Made by a program: the position numbers and the translations under genes
Origin: Eledone cirrhosa
Lineage: Eukaryota
Assembly (NCBI GenBank): GCA_964016885.1
Contig: OZ024759.1
Location: forward strand, 26,908,001-26,972,000
Length of the DNA: 64,000 nucleotides
Reading direction: 5' to 3'
The notes under the pieces: generated by a model
Told to the model about the DNA's origin: nothing
The model's input: the letters and a program-made list of their open reading frames with translations, nothing else
Database searches by the model: none
Shown: piece after piece, positions 36,067 to 49,936 of the stretch
Layout of the letters: every line of letters begins with the position of its first letter
How positions within the stretch are numbered: position 1 is the first letter of the stretch

Positions 36067-36417
36067 GCCCTGATTACAGGTCTAGTATTGAAGCCTTTCG
36101 GCTTGTGCCTTGCTGATGCCGACAGAGTTCCTGTGGTAGTTTTGGTAGCACAGGTGACATTTTATTGTGTTTAGGTACCGGCTAGTGCGGACACAGAGAG
36201 CACAACCAGGTGGTGAGCTGGCAACGACCAAGTGTAGAGGGCCAGCTTTGAAATTCGAGCGACGGAGTGAACTAGTAAAAGAGGCAGGGTAAGCAGCATT
36301 GGTTCTAACGGTGGGACTAGAACGGAGGTTGGGTGGTGCTGGGGGTGGGCTAACAGCTAACAGCTGTAGGAGTGGTGGGGGTTTGCTAGGATTAATTTTT
36401 ACATCTGTATGTGAACT
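36067..36417 (-). pseudogene. Decayed PHD-finger frame (paralogue; extra Cys>Ser change)
   Basis: Collinear with 23980-24330 at offset 12087. Confidence 0.7.
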
Positions 36418-38750
36418 CTTGAAAAAGCAACATACAATTGTCCAGGGTTAAATACTTGCTCAGGGAGGAACAGACCCACTTTATCATGTATTTGACCATG
36501 GTTCTTGTTGATTGTCATGGCATATGACAGTCTTAATGGAAACTGGGGTCTTTCCAAAGTAAAAAGGATGTTGGCACCACTGGGGGCTAACTTCAGTCTT
36601 GGGATCAAAACACACCTGCCCATCAAAGGACCATAGATATGAGAAGCTTTGATAAAATGTTTATGCAGTTCTACTACTTCTAATCTTGTGCCATTACATA
36701 ATCTGTTCTGGATTGAAATATTCCATAGAAGCATTAGTATTGATCCTGCTTTTAATTGGAGTTTGTGAGGCGGCATCCCAGAAGGTGTAAGCAAGTTCAT
36801 TTAGCTTGAACCAGGCAGCAAGGGTCCCTGCATTTCTACCACAACCTGAGCATTGCCTCTTTGAAAGTAAACTCTGTTTGTTCTCCAGGTGTGTGGCTAG
36901 GCTGTATAATGTATGTGATGTACCATGAAGCTTAAATTCGGAGAGACACGACACTGCTTCTGGCTGAGACACATACCTGCAACAAAGATAGGTTCTTATT
37001 TCATCATGGTTGTGTTGGTTCTGAGCCTCATTAGGTAATGCATTATTCGTTACTTCTATAGATGTACAATCATGCCCCATGTAACATATTTAAAGAGGTA
37101 CTTGACACTTTTTACAGAAGCGCAAACTTCAACATTAATATGTGCACAATATTTCTTAAGCAAAAAGGCATTAAATGGCACAACATTCCTGTTATCTATT
37201 GAATGTCATCCAATTTACACTGCAGTTCCTGTCTTGCACCTCCTGTACTCTGGGTATCCATTTAGGTTCAATAATGTTTCCCTTCTGTAGGTTTTTGGAT
37301 AGTTCTTTTGGAAAAATCCATTTTGTATAAATGGGGGAAAAGGGTTTCCAGAACCACATGGCCCGTGGATCATAAACTTTTAAACCTGCTCATATAGTAC
37401 TTGATCATCTTCCAATGCAGGTATTTCTGCTGACACGATTCTGTCAATGTCTTCTCTGTTTCTTATCTTGTCTTCATTTCTTAAGGCTCAGTGTTATCAT
37501 CTGTTTAGATAATTCATTAAACCATTATACTCATCCACTCACAATTGGGCTTGATTGTTCCTCAAATATTGAAGCCTGCATCCCTCTACTTTCATATAGG
37601 CTTCCACTAAATACTGCTAAAATAATTTACCTGCCCTATATATCGCACTAAATCCTCCTCTATATGCTATACTGTATATGTAATACTCCTGCATTGTCAG
37701 TCTATTGCAAACACAGGTCCTGCATTCCTCTCCATGTCACCATGCCACCAAAATTCACCATTATGGGTCGGTCATGAGGTCCAAGTGGCATGAATTATGT
37801 GATATTTTCTGAGGAGGATGGTCTTTAGGAAAGATGATAATATCTCTTTGTACAGGTGGTCTGCCCTCAATCCCCCACAAAACAACAGCTATCATTACTA
37901 GTTGGTAAATTATAGCAGCTCATATCTGATCCTCTTCTAAATCTTAATTCACAGTTCTGTACACGACAATGTTCTCTTCTTGCACTTTGCTGTTTGATGC
38001 CATGCATTGTATTGTACAATTCACATATGGATTACATTCATGCAACACCTCTCTTATCATAGCCATTTTTTGTGGTGAGCACTCATTATTTGTTGGTACT
38101 AGGGCGGTGGATTGGCAGTATCGGTAGAGCGTCAGACACCATGCTTTGCAGCATAGGGTTATGGCCCTTTACGTTCTGGGTTCAAATCCCTCCAAGGTTG
38201 ACTTTGTTTTCATCCTTATGAGGTCGATAGAATAAAGTACCAGTAATTGCTGGCCTTGTGCCAGAAACAATTATTTGGTCGTACTTCCAATCTGTGCTAC
38301 ACACCTTCGTTCCCATCAATAATATATAACTGGCCATATTGTGGTGTGTTTTCTGCAGGTTACAGAGGTGGGGGTGTAGTGATATGTTTGACCGTGAATA
38401 TGAAAGCTATACGGGCCTCTGCCGGGTGGTAACACCAAATGAAGTGAAATAAATGTAGTTTTAATTGCAGACGTTTCTGTGAAATCAACTGCTTCCTGGC
38501 CTCTTTCAAAGAGATTTCTCAGTCTCTCGGGGTATATTTGCAATGGTGGCAACACAGCCTTTCCTTTATTACAACAGTTATTTTCATTTCTAAATTTCAA
38601 AGCTTCACAGTGATCACACGAAACATTCATATCACTAATATGAAATTCTTCTAGATTTCCATTAATATTAATTGTTGGCCAATTTCTCTTATGACGCTCA
38701 TTATCCATTCTTCTCTGTCTGAATGTTTTCCATTCTAAGTCTATTTGCAT
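36399..38750 (-). mobile_element. Most complete Helitron RepHel pseudogene (Zn finger, Helitron_like_N, Rep Y2, helicase C-terminus), non-autonomous, internally deleted
   Basis: ORFs 38316-38750 (Zn finger), 36694-37080 (GHD..HDEIRTY..RYVS) and 36399-36800 (TPSGMPPHKLQLKAG..LCNGTRL..AMTINK..GQLYVAFSRV); lacks the satellite insertion. Confidence 0.95.
38101..38269 (+). mobile_element. tRNA-derived SINE in the Helitron
   Basis: A box, B box, core and degenerate 16-bp target-site duplication as at 15573. Confidence 0.88.
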
Positions 38751-38851
38751 GGAATAATTATATTCTGTTGTTTATTATGTAATTAAATAGCTCTGTACGA
38801 TACATAGAGCATTCTTCTTTTCTTTACCTTTTCTATGGAAATACAAGAACA

Positions 38852-38898
<47 letters not shown>

Positions 38899-38937
38899 GT
38901 GTGTATATACATAAACAAGACTGTTATTACTCCAACC

Positions 38938-41747
38938 AGATGAAACTCTGTCATGTAATGTTATCGACATATCTGCCCTTGGGGCTAATAATTGTCATGT
39001 AATGTTATGGACATCTCTGCCCCTGTGGCTAATAATTCTGTCATGTAATGTTATGGACATCTCTGCCCCTGTGGCTAATAATTCTGTCATGTAATGTTAT
39101 GGACATCTCTGCCCCTGTGGTTAATAATTCTGAGAGAGATAAAACAAGTGAGGGATTAGAGTGTTGAAACAAGAGAGAGAGAGGAAGAGAGAGAGAGAGC
39201 GAGATGAAATGAGACAGGGAGAGCGAGATGAAACGCGAGAGTGAGAGAAGCGATATGAAACGAGAGAGTGAGAGCGAGATGAAACGAGAGAGAGAGAGAG
39301 CGAGATGAAACGAGACAGAGAGAGCGAGATGTAATGAGAGAGAGAGAGAGAGCGGGATGGAACGAGACAGAGAGGAAACGAGAGAGAGAGGAAACGAGAG
39401 TAGAGAGCGAGATGAAACAGGAGAGAGAGAGCGAGATGAAACGAGAGGGAGAGAGAGATGAAACGAGGGAGATAGAGATGAAACGAGAGAGAGGAAGAGA
39501 GAGATGGAACGAGAGAGAGGAAGACAGAGATGAAACGAGAGAGAGAGAGAGATGAAACGAGAGAGAGAGAGCGCGAGATGAAACGAGAGAGAGAGAGAGC
39601 GCGAGATGAAACGACAGAGAGAGAGAGAGATGAAAGGAGGGAGATAGAGATGAAACGAGAGAGAGGAAGAGAGAGATGGAACGAGCGAGAGGAAGAGAGA
39701 GATGGAACGAGAGAGAGGAAGACAGAGATGAAACGAGAGAGAGCGAGATGAAACGAGAGAGAGAGAGAGCGAGATGAAACGAGAGAGAGAGAGAGCGAGA
39801 TGAAACGAGAGAGAGGAAGAGAGAGAGGAAGACAGAGATGAAACGAGAGAGAGAGAGAGCGAGAGGAAACGAGAGAGAGAGAGCGCAAGATGAAACGAGA
39901 GAGAGAGAGCGCGAGATGAAACTCTGTCATGTAATGTTATTGACATATCTGCCTCTGTGGCTAATAATTGTCATGTAATGTTATGGTCATCTCTGCCCCT
40001 GTGGCTAATAATTCTGTCATGTAATGTTATGGACATCTCTGCCCCTGTGGTTAATAATTCTGACATGTAATGTTATGGTCATCTCTGCGCCTGTGGCTAA
40101 TAATTCTGAGAGAGATGAAACAAGTGAGGGATTAGAGTGTTGAAACAAGAGAGAGAGAGCGAGATGAAATGAGAGAGTGTGAGCGAGATGAAACGAGACA
40201 GGGAGAGCGAGATGAAACGAGAGAGTGAGAGCGAGATGAAACGAGAGAGTGAGAGCGAGATGAAACGAGAGAGAGAGAGCGAGATGAAATGAGAGAGAGA
40301 GAGCGAGATGAAATGAGAGAGAGAGAGCGAGATGAAACGAGACAGAGAGAGAACGAGATGAAACGAGAGAGTGAGAGCGAGATGAAACGAGAGAGAGAGA
40401 GCGAGATGAAACGGGAGGGAGAGAGAGATGAAACGAGAGAGAGTGGAAACGAGAGTAGAGAGCGAGATGAAACAGGAGAGAGAGAGAGCGAGATGAAACA
40501 GGAGAGAGAGAGCGAGATGAAACGAGAGGAAGAGAGAGATGAAACGAGAGAGCGAGAGAGAGATGAAACGAGGGAGATAGAGATGAAACGAGAGAGAGGA
40601 AGAGAGAGATGGAACGAGAGAGAGGAAGATAGAGATGGAACGAGAGAGAGGAAGACAGAGATGAAACGAGAGAGAGAGAGAGCGAGATGAAACAGGAGAG
40701 AGAGAGCGAGATGAAACGAGAGGGAGAGAGAGATGAAACGAGAGAGCGAGAGAGAGATGAAACAAGGGAGATAGAGATGAAACGAGAGAGAGGAAGAGAG
40801 AGATGGAACGAGAGAGAGGAAGAGAGAGATGGCACGAGAGAGAGGAAGACAGAGATGAAACGAGAGAGAGAGAGCGAGATGAAACGAGAGAGAGAGAGCG
40901 CGACATGAAACGAGAGAGAGAGAGCGCTAGATGAAACGACAGAGAGCGAGACAGATGAAAGAAGGGAGATAGAGATGAAACGAGAGAGAGGAAGAGAGAG
41001 ATGGAACGAGAGAGAGGAAGACAGAGATGAAACGAGAGAGAGAGAGAGAGAGCAAGATGAAACGAGAGAGAGAGAGAGCGCAAGATGAAACGAGAGAGAG
41101 GAAGAGAGAGATGGAACGAGAGAGAGGAAGAGAGAGATGGCACGAGAGAGAGGAAGACAGAGATGAAACGAGAGAGAGAGAGCGAGATGAAACGAGAGAG
41201 AGAGAGCGCAAGATGAAACGAGAGAGAGAGAGCGCGAGATGAAACGACAGAGAGAGAGACAGATGAAAGAACGGAGATAGAGATGAAACGAGAGAGAGGA
41301 AGAAAGAGATGGAACGAGAGAGAGGAAGAGAGAGATGGAACGAGAGAGAGGAAGACAGAGATGAAACGAGAGAGAGAGAGAGCGAGATGAAACGAGAGAG
41401 AGGAAGACAGAGATGAATCGAGAGAGAGGGAGAGCGAGATGAAACGAGAGAGAGAGCGCGCAAGATGAAACTCTGTCATGTAATGTTATTGACATATCTG
41501 CCCCTGTGGCTAATAATTGTCATGTAATGTTATGGTCATCTCTGCCCCTGTGGCTAATAATTCTGTCATGTAATGTTATGGACATCTCTGCCCCTGTGGC
41601 TAATAATTCTGACATGTAATGTTATGGACATCTCTGCCCTTGTGGCTAATAAATCTGACATGTAATGTTATGGAAATCTCTGCCCCTGTGGCTAATAATT
41701 CTGTCATGTAATGTTATGGAAATCTCTGCCCCTATGGCTAATAAATC
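38938..41747 (+). repeat. Composite satellite left arm, copy 2 (only 2 GA blocks, both chimeric)
   Basis: Same left junction (tccaacc|agatgaaactctg) as at 271. Confidence 0.95.
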
Positions 41748-44700
41748 AGAATTATTAGCCACAGGGGCAGAGATGTCCATAACATTACATGTCAGAATTA
41801 TTAGCCACAGGGGCAGAGATGTCCATAACATTACATGACAGATTTATTAGCCACAGGGGCAGAGATGTCCATAACATTACATGTCAGATTTATTAGCCAC
41901 AGGGGCAGAGATGTCCATAACATTACATGTCAAAATTATTAGCCACATGGGCAGAGATGTCCATAACATTACATGACAGATTTATTAGCCACAGGGGCAG
42001 AGATGTCCATAACATTACATGACAGAATTATTAGCCACAGGGGCAGAGATGTCCATAACATTACATGACAGAATTATTAGCCACAGGGGCAGAGATTTCC
42101 ATAACATTACATGACAATTATTAGCCCCAAGGGCAGATATGTCCATAACATTACATGACAGACTTTCATCTCGCGCTCTCTCTCTCTCGTTTCATCTCAC
42201 GCTCTCTCTCTTCCTCTCTCTCGTTTCATCTCGCGTTCTCTCTCTTCCTCTCTCTCGTTTCATCTCGCTCTCTCTCTCGTTTCATCTCTGTCTTCCTCTC
42301 TCTCGTTCCATCTCTCTCTTCCTCTCTCTCGTTCCATCTCTCTCTTCCTCTCTCTCGTTTCATCTCTCTCTCTCGTTTCATCTCTATCTCCCTCGTTTCA
42401 TCTGTCTCTCTCTCTGTCGTTTCATCTCCCTCTATCTCTCTCTCGCTCTCTCGTTTCATCTCTCTCTCCCTCTCGTTTCATCTCGCTCTCTCTCTCCTGT
42501 TTCATCTCGCTCTCTCTCTCCTGTTTCATCTCGCTCTCTACTCTCGTTTCCTCTCTCTCGTATCCTCTCTCTCGTTTCCTCTCTCTCTCGTTTCCTCTCT
42601 CTCTCGTTTCCTCTAGCTCTCACTCTCTCGTTTCATCTCGCTCTCTCTCTCTCATTTCATCTCGCTCTCTCTCTCTCGTTTCATCTCGCTCTAACCTGTC
42701 TCGTTTCATTTCGCTCTCTCTCTCTCTCGTTTCATTTCGCTCTCTCTGTCTCATTTCATCTCGCTCTCTCTCTCTCATTTCAACTCGCTCTCTCTCTCTC
42801 ATTTCATCTCGCTCTCTCTCTCTCGTTTCATATCGCTCTCACTCTCTCATTTCATCTCGCTCTCTCTCTCTCGTTTGATCTCGCTCTCACTCTCTCTTCC
42901 TCTCTCTCTCTTGTTTCAACACTCTAATCCCTCACTTGTTTCATCTCTCTCTTATCCCTCACTTGTTTCATCTCTCTCAGAATTATTAGCCACAGGGGCA
43001 GAGATATCCATAACATTACATGTCAGAATTATTAGCCACAGGGGCAGAGATGTCCATAACATTACATGACAGATTTATTAGCCACAGGGGCGGAGATGTC
43101 CATAACATTACATGACGAATTTATTAGCCACAGGGGCAGAGATGTCCATAAGATTACATGACAGAATTATTAGCCACAGGGGCAGAGATGTCCATAACAT
43201 TACATGACAGAATTATTTGCCACAGGGGCAGAGATGTACATAACATTACATGACAATTATTAGCACCAAGGGCAGATATGTCCATAACATTACATGGCAA
43301 TTATTAGCCCCAAGGGCAGATATGTCCATAACATTACATGACAGACTTTCATCTCGCGCTCTCTCTCTTCCTCTCTCTCGTTTCATCTCGCTCTCTCTCT
43401 CTCGTTTCATCTCGCTCTCTCTCTCTCTCGTTTCATCTCGCGCTCTATCTCTTCCTCTCTCTCGTTTCATCTCGCTCTCTCTCTCGTTTCATATCTTTCT
43501 TCCTCTCTCTCGTTCCATCTCTCTATTCCTCTCTCTCTCGTTTCATCTAGCTATCACTCTCCCGTTTCATCTCCCTCTATCTCTCTCTCGCTCTCTCGTT
43601 TCATCTCTCCCTCCCTCTCATTTCATCTCGCTCTCTCTCTCCGGTTTCATCTCGCTCTCTCTCTCTCCTGTTTCATCTTGCTCTCTACTCTCGTTTCCTC
43701 TCTCTCGTTTCCTCTCTCTCGTTTCCTCTATCTCTCGTTTCCTCTCTCTCTCGTTTCATCTAGCTCTCACTCTCTCGTTTCATCTCGCTCTCTCTGACTC
43801 GTTCCATCTCGCTCTCACTCTCTCGTTTCATCTCGCTCTCTCTCTCTCATTTCATCTCGCTCTCTCTCTCTCATTTCATCTCGATCTCTCTGTCTCGTTT
43901 CATCCCGCTCTCTCTGTCTCGTTTCATCTCGCTCTCTCTCTCTCATTTCATCTCGCTCTCTCTCTCTCATTTCATCTCGCTCTCTCTCTCTCTCTCGTTT
44001 CATCTCACTCTCAATCTCTCATTTCATCTCGCTCTCTCTCTCTCATTTCATCTCGCGCTCTCTCTCTTCATCTCTCTCGTTTCATCTCGCTCTCTCTCTC
44101 TTCCTCTCTCTCGTTTCATCTCGCTCTCTCTCTCTCGTTTCATCTTGCGCTCTCTCTCTTCCTCTCTCTCGTTTCATCTCGCGCTCTCTCTCTTCCTCTC
44201 TCTCGTTTCATCTTGCTCTCTCCCTCTCTCGTTTCAACTCGCGTTCTCTCTCTTCCTCTCTCTCGTTTCATCTCTGTCTTCCTCTCTCTCGTTCCATCTC
44301 TCTCTTCCTCTCTCTCGTTCCATCTCTCTCTTCCTCTCTCTCGTTTCATTTCTCTCTCTCGTTTCATCTCTATCTCCCTCGTTTCATCTGTCTCTCTCTC
44401 TGTCGTTTCATCTCCCTCTATCTCTCTCTCGCTCTCTCGTTTCATCTCTCTCTCCCTCTCGTTTCATCTCGCTCTCTCTCTCCTGTTTCATCTCGCTCTC
44501 TCTCTCCTGTTTCATCTCGCTCTCTACTCTCGTTTCCTCTCTCTCGTATCCTCTCTCTCGTTTCCTGTCTCTCTCGTTTCCTCTCTCTCTCGTTTCCTCT
44601 AGCTCTCACTCTCTCGTTTCATCTCGCTCTCTCTCTCTCATTTCATCTCGCTCTCTCTCTCTCGTTTCATCTCGCTCTAATCTGTCTCGTTTCATTTCGC

Positions 44701-47700
44701 TCTCTCTCTCTCTCGTTTCATTTCGCTCTCTCTGTCTCGTTTCATCTCGCTCTCTCTCTCTCATTTCAACTCGCTCTCTCTCTCTCATTTCATCTCGCTC
44801 TCTCTCTCTCGTTTCATATCGCTCTCACTCTCTCATTTCATCTCGCTCTCTCTCTCTCGTTTGATCTCGCTCTCACTCTCTCTTCCTCTCTCTCTCTTGT
44901 TTCAACACTCTAATCCCTCACTTGTTTCATCTCTCTCTTATCCCTCACTTGTTTCATCTCTCTCAGAATTATTAGCCACAGGGGCAGAGATATCCATAAC
45001 ATTACATGTCAGAATTATTAGCCACAGGGGCAGAGATGTCCATAACATTACACGACAGATTTATTAGCCACAGGGGCGGAGATGTCCATAACATTACATG
45101 ACTAATTTATTAGCCACAGGGGCAGAGATGTCCATAACATTACATGACAGAATTATTAGCCACAGGGGCAGAGATGTCCATAACATTACATGACAGAATT
45201 ATTTGCCACAGGGGCAGAGATGTACATAACATTACATGACAATTATTAGCCCCAAGGGCAGATATGTCCATAACATTACATGACAATTATTAGCCCCAAG
45301 GGCAGATATGTCCATAACATTACATGACAGACTTTCATCTCGCGCTCTCTCTCTTCCTCTCTCTCGTTTCATCTCGCTCTCTCTCTCTCGTTTCATCTCG
45401 CTCTCTCTCTCTCTCGTTTCATCTCGCGCTCTCTCTCTTCCTCTCTCTCGTTTCATCTCGCTCTCTCTCTCTCTCGTTTCATATCTCTCTTCCTCTCTCT
45501 CGTTCCATCTCTCTATTCCTCTCTCTCTCGTTTCATCTAGCTATCACTCTCTCGTTTCATCTCCCTCTATCTCTCTCTCGCTCTCACGTTTCATCTCTCC
45601 CTCCCTCTCATTTCATCTCGCTCTCTCTCTCCGGTTTCATCTCGCTCTCTCTCTCTCCTGTTTCATCTTGCTCTCTACTCTCGTTTCCTCTCTCTCGTTT
45701 CCTCTCTCTCGTTTCCTCTCTCTCTCATTTCCTCTCTCTCTTGTTTCATCTAGCTCTCACTCTCTCGTTTCATCTCGCTCTCTCTGACTCGTTCCATCTC
45801 GCTCTCACTCTCTCGTTTCATCTCGCTCTCTCTCTCTCATTTCATCTCGCTCTCTCTCTCTCATTTCATCTCGATCTCTCTGTCTCGTTTCATCCCGCTC
45901 TCTCTGTCTCGTTTCATCTCGCTCTCTCTCTCTCATTTCATCTCGCTCTCTCTCTCTCATTTCATCTCGCTCTCTCTCTCTCTCTCGTTTCATCTCACTC
46001 TCAATCTCTCATTTCATCTCGCTCTCTCTCTCTCATTTCATCTCGCGCTCTCTCTCTTCCTCTCTCTCGTTTCATCTCGCGCTCTCTCTCTTCCTCTCTC
46101 TCATTTCATCTCGCTCTCTCTCTCTCGTTTCATCTTGCGCTCTCTCTCTTCCTCTCTCGTTTCATCTCGCTCTCTCTCTCTCATTTCATCTCGATCTCTC
46201 TGTCTCGTTTCATCCTGCTCTCTCTGTCTCGTTTCATCTCGCTCTCTCTCTCTCATTTCATCTCGCTCTCTCTCTCTCATTTCATCTCGCGCTCTCTCTC
46301 TTCCTCTCTCTCGTTTCATCTCGCGCTCTCTCTCTTCCTCTCTCTCGTTTCATCTCGCTCTCTCTCTCTCTCTCGTTTCATCTTGCGCTCTCTCTCTTCC
46401 TCTCTCTCGTTTCATCTCGATCGCTCTCTGTCTCGTTTCATCTCTGTCTTCCTCTCGCTCGTTCCATCTCTCTCTTCCTCTCTCTCGTTCCATCTCTCTC
46501 TTCCTCTCTCTCGTTTCATCTCTCTCTCTCGTTTCATCTCTGTCTTCCTCTCTCTCGTTCCATCTCCCTCTTCCTCTCTCTCGTTCCATCTCTCTCTTCC
46601 TCTCTCTCGTTTCATCTCTCTCTCTCGTTTCATCTCTATCTCCCGCGTTTCATCTGTCTCTCTCTCTGTCGTTTCATCTCCCTCTATCTCTCTCTCGCTC
46701 TCTCGTTTCATCTCTCTCTCCCTCTCGTTTCATCTCGCTCTCTCTCTCCTGTTTCATCTCGCTCTCTCTCTCCTGTTTCATCTCGCTCTCTACTCTCGTT
46801 TCCTCTCTCTCGTTTCGTCTCTCTCGTTTCCTCTCTCTCTCGTTTCATCTAGCTCTCCCACTCTCGTTTCATCTCGCTCTCTCTGTCTCGTTCCATCTCG
46901 CTCTCACTCTCTCGTTTCATCTCGCTCTCTCTCTCTCATTTCATCTCGCTCTCTCTCTCTCATTTCATCTCGCTCTCTCTCTCTCGTTTCATCTCGCTCT
47001 CTCTGTCTCGTTTCATCTCGCTCTCGCTCTCTCTGTCTCGTTTCATCCCGCTCTCTCTCTCTCATTTCATCTCGCTCTCTCTCTCTCATTTCATCTCGCT
47101 CTCTCTCTCTCTCTCGTTTCATCTCGCTCTCACTCTCTCATTTCATCTCGCTCTCTCTCGTTTGATTTCGCTCTCACTCTCTCTTCCTCTCTCTCTCTTG
47201 TTTCAACACTCTAATCCCTCACTTGTTTCATCTCTCTCAGAATTATTAGCCACAGGGGCAGAGATGTCCATAACATTACATGTCAGAATTATTAGCCACA
47301 GGGGCAGAGATGTCCATAACATTACATGACAGATTTATTAGCCACAGGGGCAGAGATGTCCATAACATTACATGACGAATTTATTAGCCACAGGGTCAGA
47401 GATGTCCATAACATTACATGTCAGAATTATTAGCTACAGGGGCAGAGATGTCCATAACATTACATGTCAGAATTATTAGCCACAGGGGCAGAGATGTCCA
47501 TAACATTACATGACAGATTTATTAGCCACAGGGGCAGAGATGTCCGTAACATTAAATGACAGATTTATTAGCCACAGGGGCAGAGATTCCATAACATTAC
47601 ATGTCAGAATTATTAGCCACAGGGGCAGAGATTTCCATAACATTACATGACAGAATTATTAGCCACAGGGGCAGAGATGTCCATAACATTACATGACAGA

Positions 47701-49013
47701 ATTATTAGCCACAGGGGCAGAGATGTCCATAACATTACATGACAATTATTAGCCCCAGGGGCAGATATGTCCATGACAGAGTTTCATCTCTCGCTCTCTC
47801 TCTTCCTCTCTCTCATTTCATCTCGCTCTCTCTCTCGTTTCATCTCGCTCTCTCTCTCTCTCGTTTCACCTCTGTCTTCTTCTCTCTCGTTTCATCTCTC
47901 TCTTCCTCTCTCTCGTTCTATCTCTCTCTTCCTCTCTCTCGTTTCATCTCTCTCTCTCGTTTCATCTCTATATCCCTGGTTTCATCTGTCTCTCTCTCTG
48001 TCGTTTCATTTCCCTCTATCTCTCTCTCGCTCTCTCGTTTCATCTCTCTCTCCCTCTCGTTTCATCTCGCTCTCTCTCTCCTGTTTCATCTCGCTCTCTC
48101 TCTCCTGTTTCATCTCGCTCTCTACTCACGTTTCCTCTCTCTCGTTTCCTCTCTTTCTCGTTTCATCTCTCTCTCGTTTCATCTCTCTATGTCTCATTTC
48201 ATCTCGCTCTCTCTCTCTCTCATTTCATCTCGTTCTCTCTCTCTCTCATTTCATCTCGCTCTCACTCTCTCGTTTCATCTCGCTCTCTCACTCTCGTTTC
48301 ATCTCGCACTCTCTCTCTCGTTTCATCTCTCTCTCTCTCTCTCTCTCATTTCATCTCGCTCTCTGTCTCGTGTCATCTCGCTCTCTCTGTCTCTCGTTTC
48401 ATCTCGCTCTCACTCTCTCGTTTCATCTCACTCTAACTCTCTCATTTCATCTCGCTCTCCCTGTCTCGTTTCATCTCGCTCCCACTCTCTCATTTCATCT
48501 CACTCTCTTTCTCTCATTTCATCTCGCTCTCTCGCTCTTGTTTCAACACTCTAATCCCTCACTTGTTTCATCTCTCTCTAATCCCTCACTTGTTTCATCT
48601 CTCTCTTGTTTCAATTCTTTCTCTCTCTCTCTCTCACTCTCTCTCTCTCTCTCTCTCTTTCTATCCCCTCTCTCTTTCTCTCCCCTCTCTCTGTTGTTTC
48701 ATCCCTCACCCTCTTGTTTCATCCCCTTCTCTCCCTCTCTCTCTCTTCCCCTCTATCTCTATTCCTCTCTCTCATCCCCTCTCTCTCTCTTCCTCTCTCT
48801 CTCTTCCTCTCTCCCCTCACCCTCTTGTTTCAACTCTCTCCTCGTTTCAACTCTCTCCTCGTTTCAACTCTCTCCTCGTTTCAACTCTCTCCTCGTTTCA
48901 ACTCTCTCTCTCTCCTCTCGTTTCAACTCTCTCTCTCTCCTCGTGTTTCAACCATCTCCTCTCTTGTTTCAACTCTCTCACCTCTCGTTTCAACTCTCTC
49001 TCTCTGTGTCTCC
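41748..49013 (-). repeat. Composite satellite right arm, copy 2
   Basis: Collinear with 7303-14545. Confidence 0.95.
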
Positions 49014-49202
49014 AATGTGTATACCGATATATATACCGAAGAATGTACATAAACACACATGCATACACGCATGTGTATATATATATACATACATGTGTCT
49101 CTCTCTCTCCCTATATATATGTACATATGTGTAAATATGTACATACATATTAGTGTATATATATTGCTATCTATATGCATATTTGTATTAATTATACTGT
49201 AT

Positions 49203-49367
49203 GGTGAATTGGCAGTATCGGTAGAGGGTCTGACGCCATGCTTTCCAGCATAGTTACGTCCCTTTACGATCCGAGGTCAACTTTGCCTTTCATCCTTACG
49301 GGGTCGATAAAATAAAGTACCAGTAATGTACTGGTTAATTACTGACCTTGTGCCTAAAATAGAAACA
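49203..49367 (+). mobile_element. SINE, B-box-deleted copy
   Basis: Counterpart of 14735-14899. Confidence 0.8.
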
Positions 49368-49936
49368 ATTATTAGTTCAAAGAGAAACCACCATCATAGA
49401 GAAACCACCGTCCTACCTGAAATATTATGTTATCATATTAAATATTTCTTATACTGTCATGTTTTTTCTTTAAAACGATTGCATTTCAATAAAGTGAAGA
49501 AAACTATTATATACTGTTGTTATATCATTATACTTTAGTTTTAACTTATTATTTCTATGTGTATAAATATAATGTATGTAAGTGTGTTTGAAAATATATA
49601 ATAATAATATGCATGTTTGAAGCAGGGTTCAACTGAAATATCTACACCGGTAACTTAATTAGTGTTTACACCTTAGGCATAAACTATTTGGCATTCTTTG
49701 AAGGAGGTACTAGGTTTTTCACTGTCTTAAATGGAGTATACACGCGCACACAATGCATATATATAAATTGTTTTTCTCTGTACAAAGAGATTGACATCAT
49801 TTCTTAAATCATTATTTAGGGTTTTACAACAAAACATATTGTATGTGTAATTATACAAATTGAATTTAAGTATTTATTTTAAAATTTTACATACACTTTA
49901 GTAGTATATATATATATATATATATATATTCATTTG

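Larger units (their letters stand above)
1..38671. repeat. Tandem macro-repeat unit, copy 1 (~38.7 kb)
   Basis: Position 1 (ttgttggccaatttctcttatgacg) matches 38672, including private variants (cttatgacg, tgtacgatac, ttattactcc). All landmarks recur collinearly at offsets 38671, then 34445, 34471, 34384 and 34417 (e.g. ORFs 15788/50259, 22968/57352, 28838/63255). Confidence 0.95.

Noticed and set aside
36399-36800. Host PIF1 helicase gene
   Set aside because: It is only a C-terminal fragment, joined to Helitron Rep motifs with frameshifts and stops.
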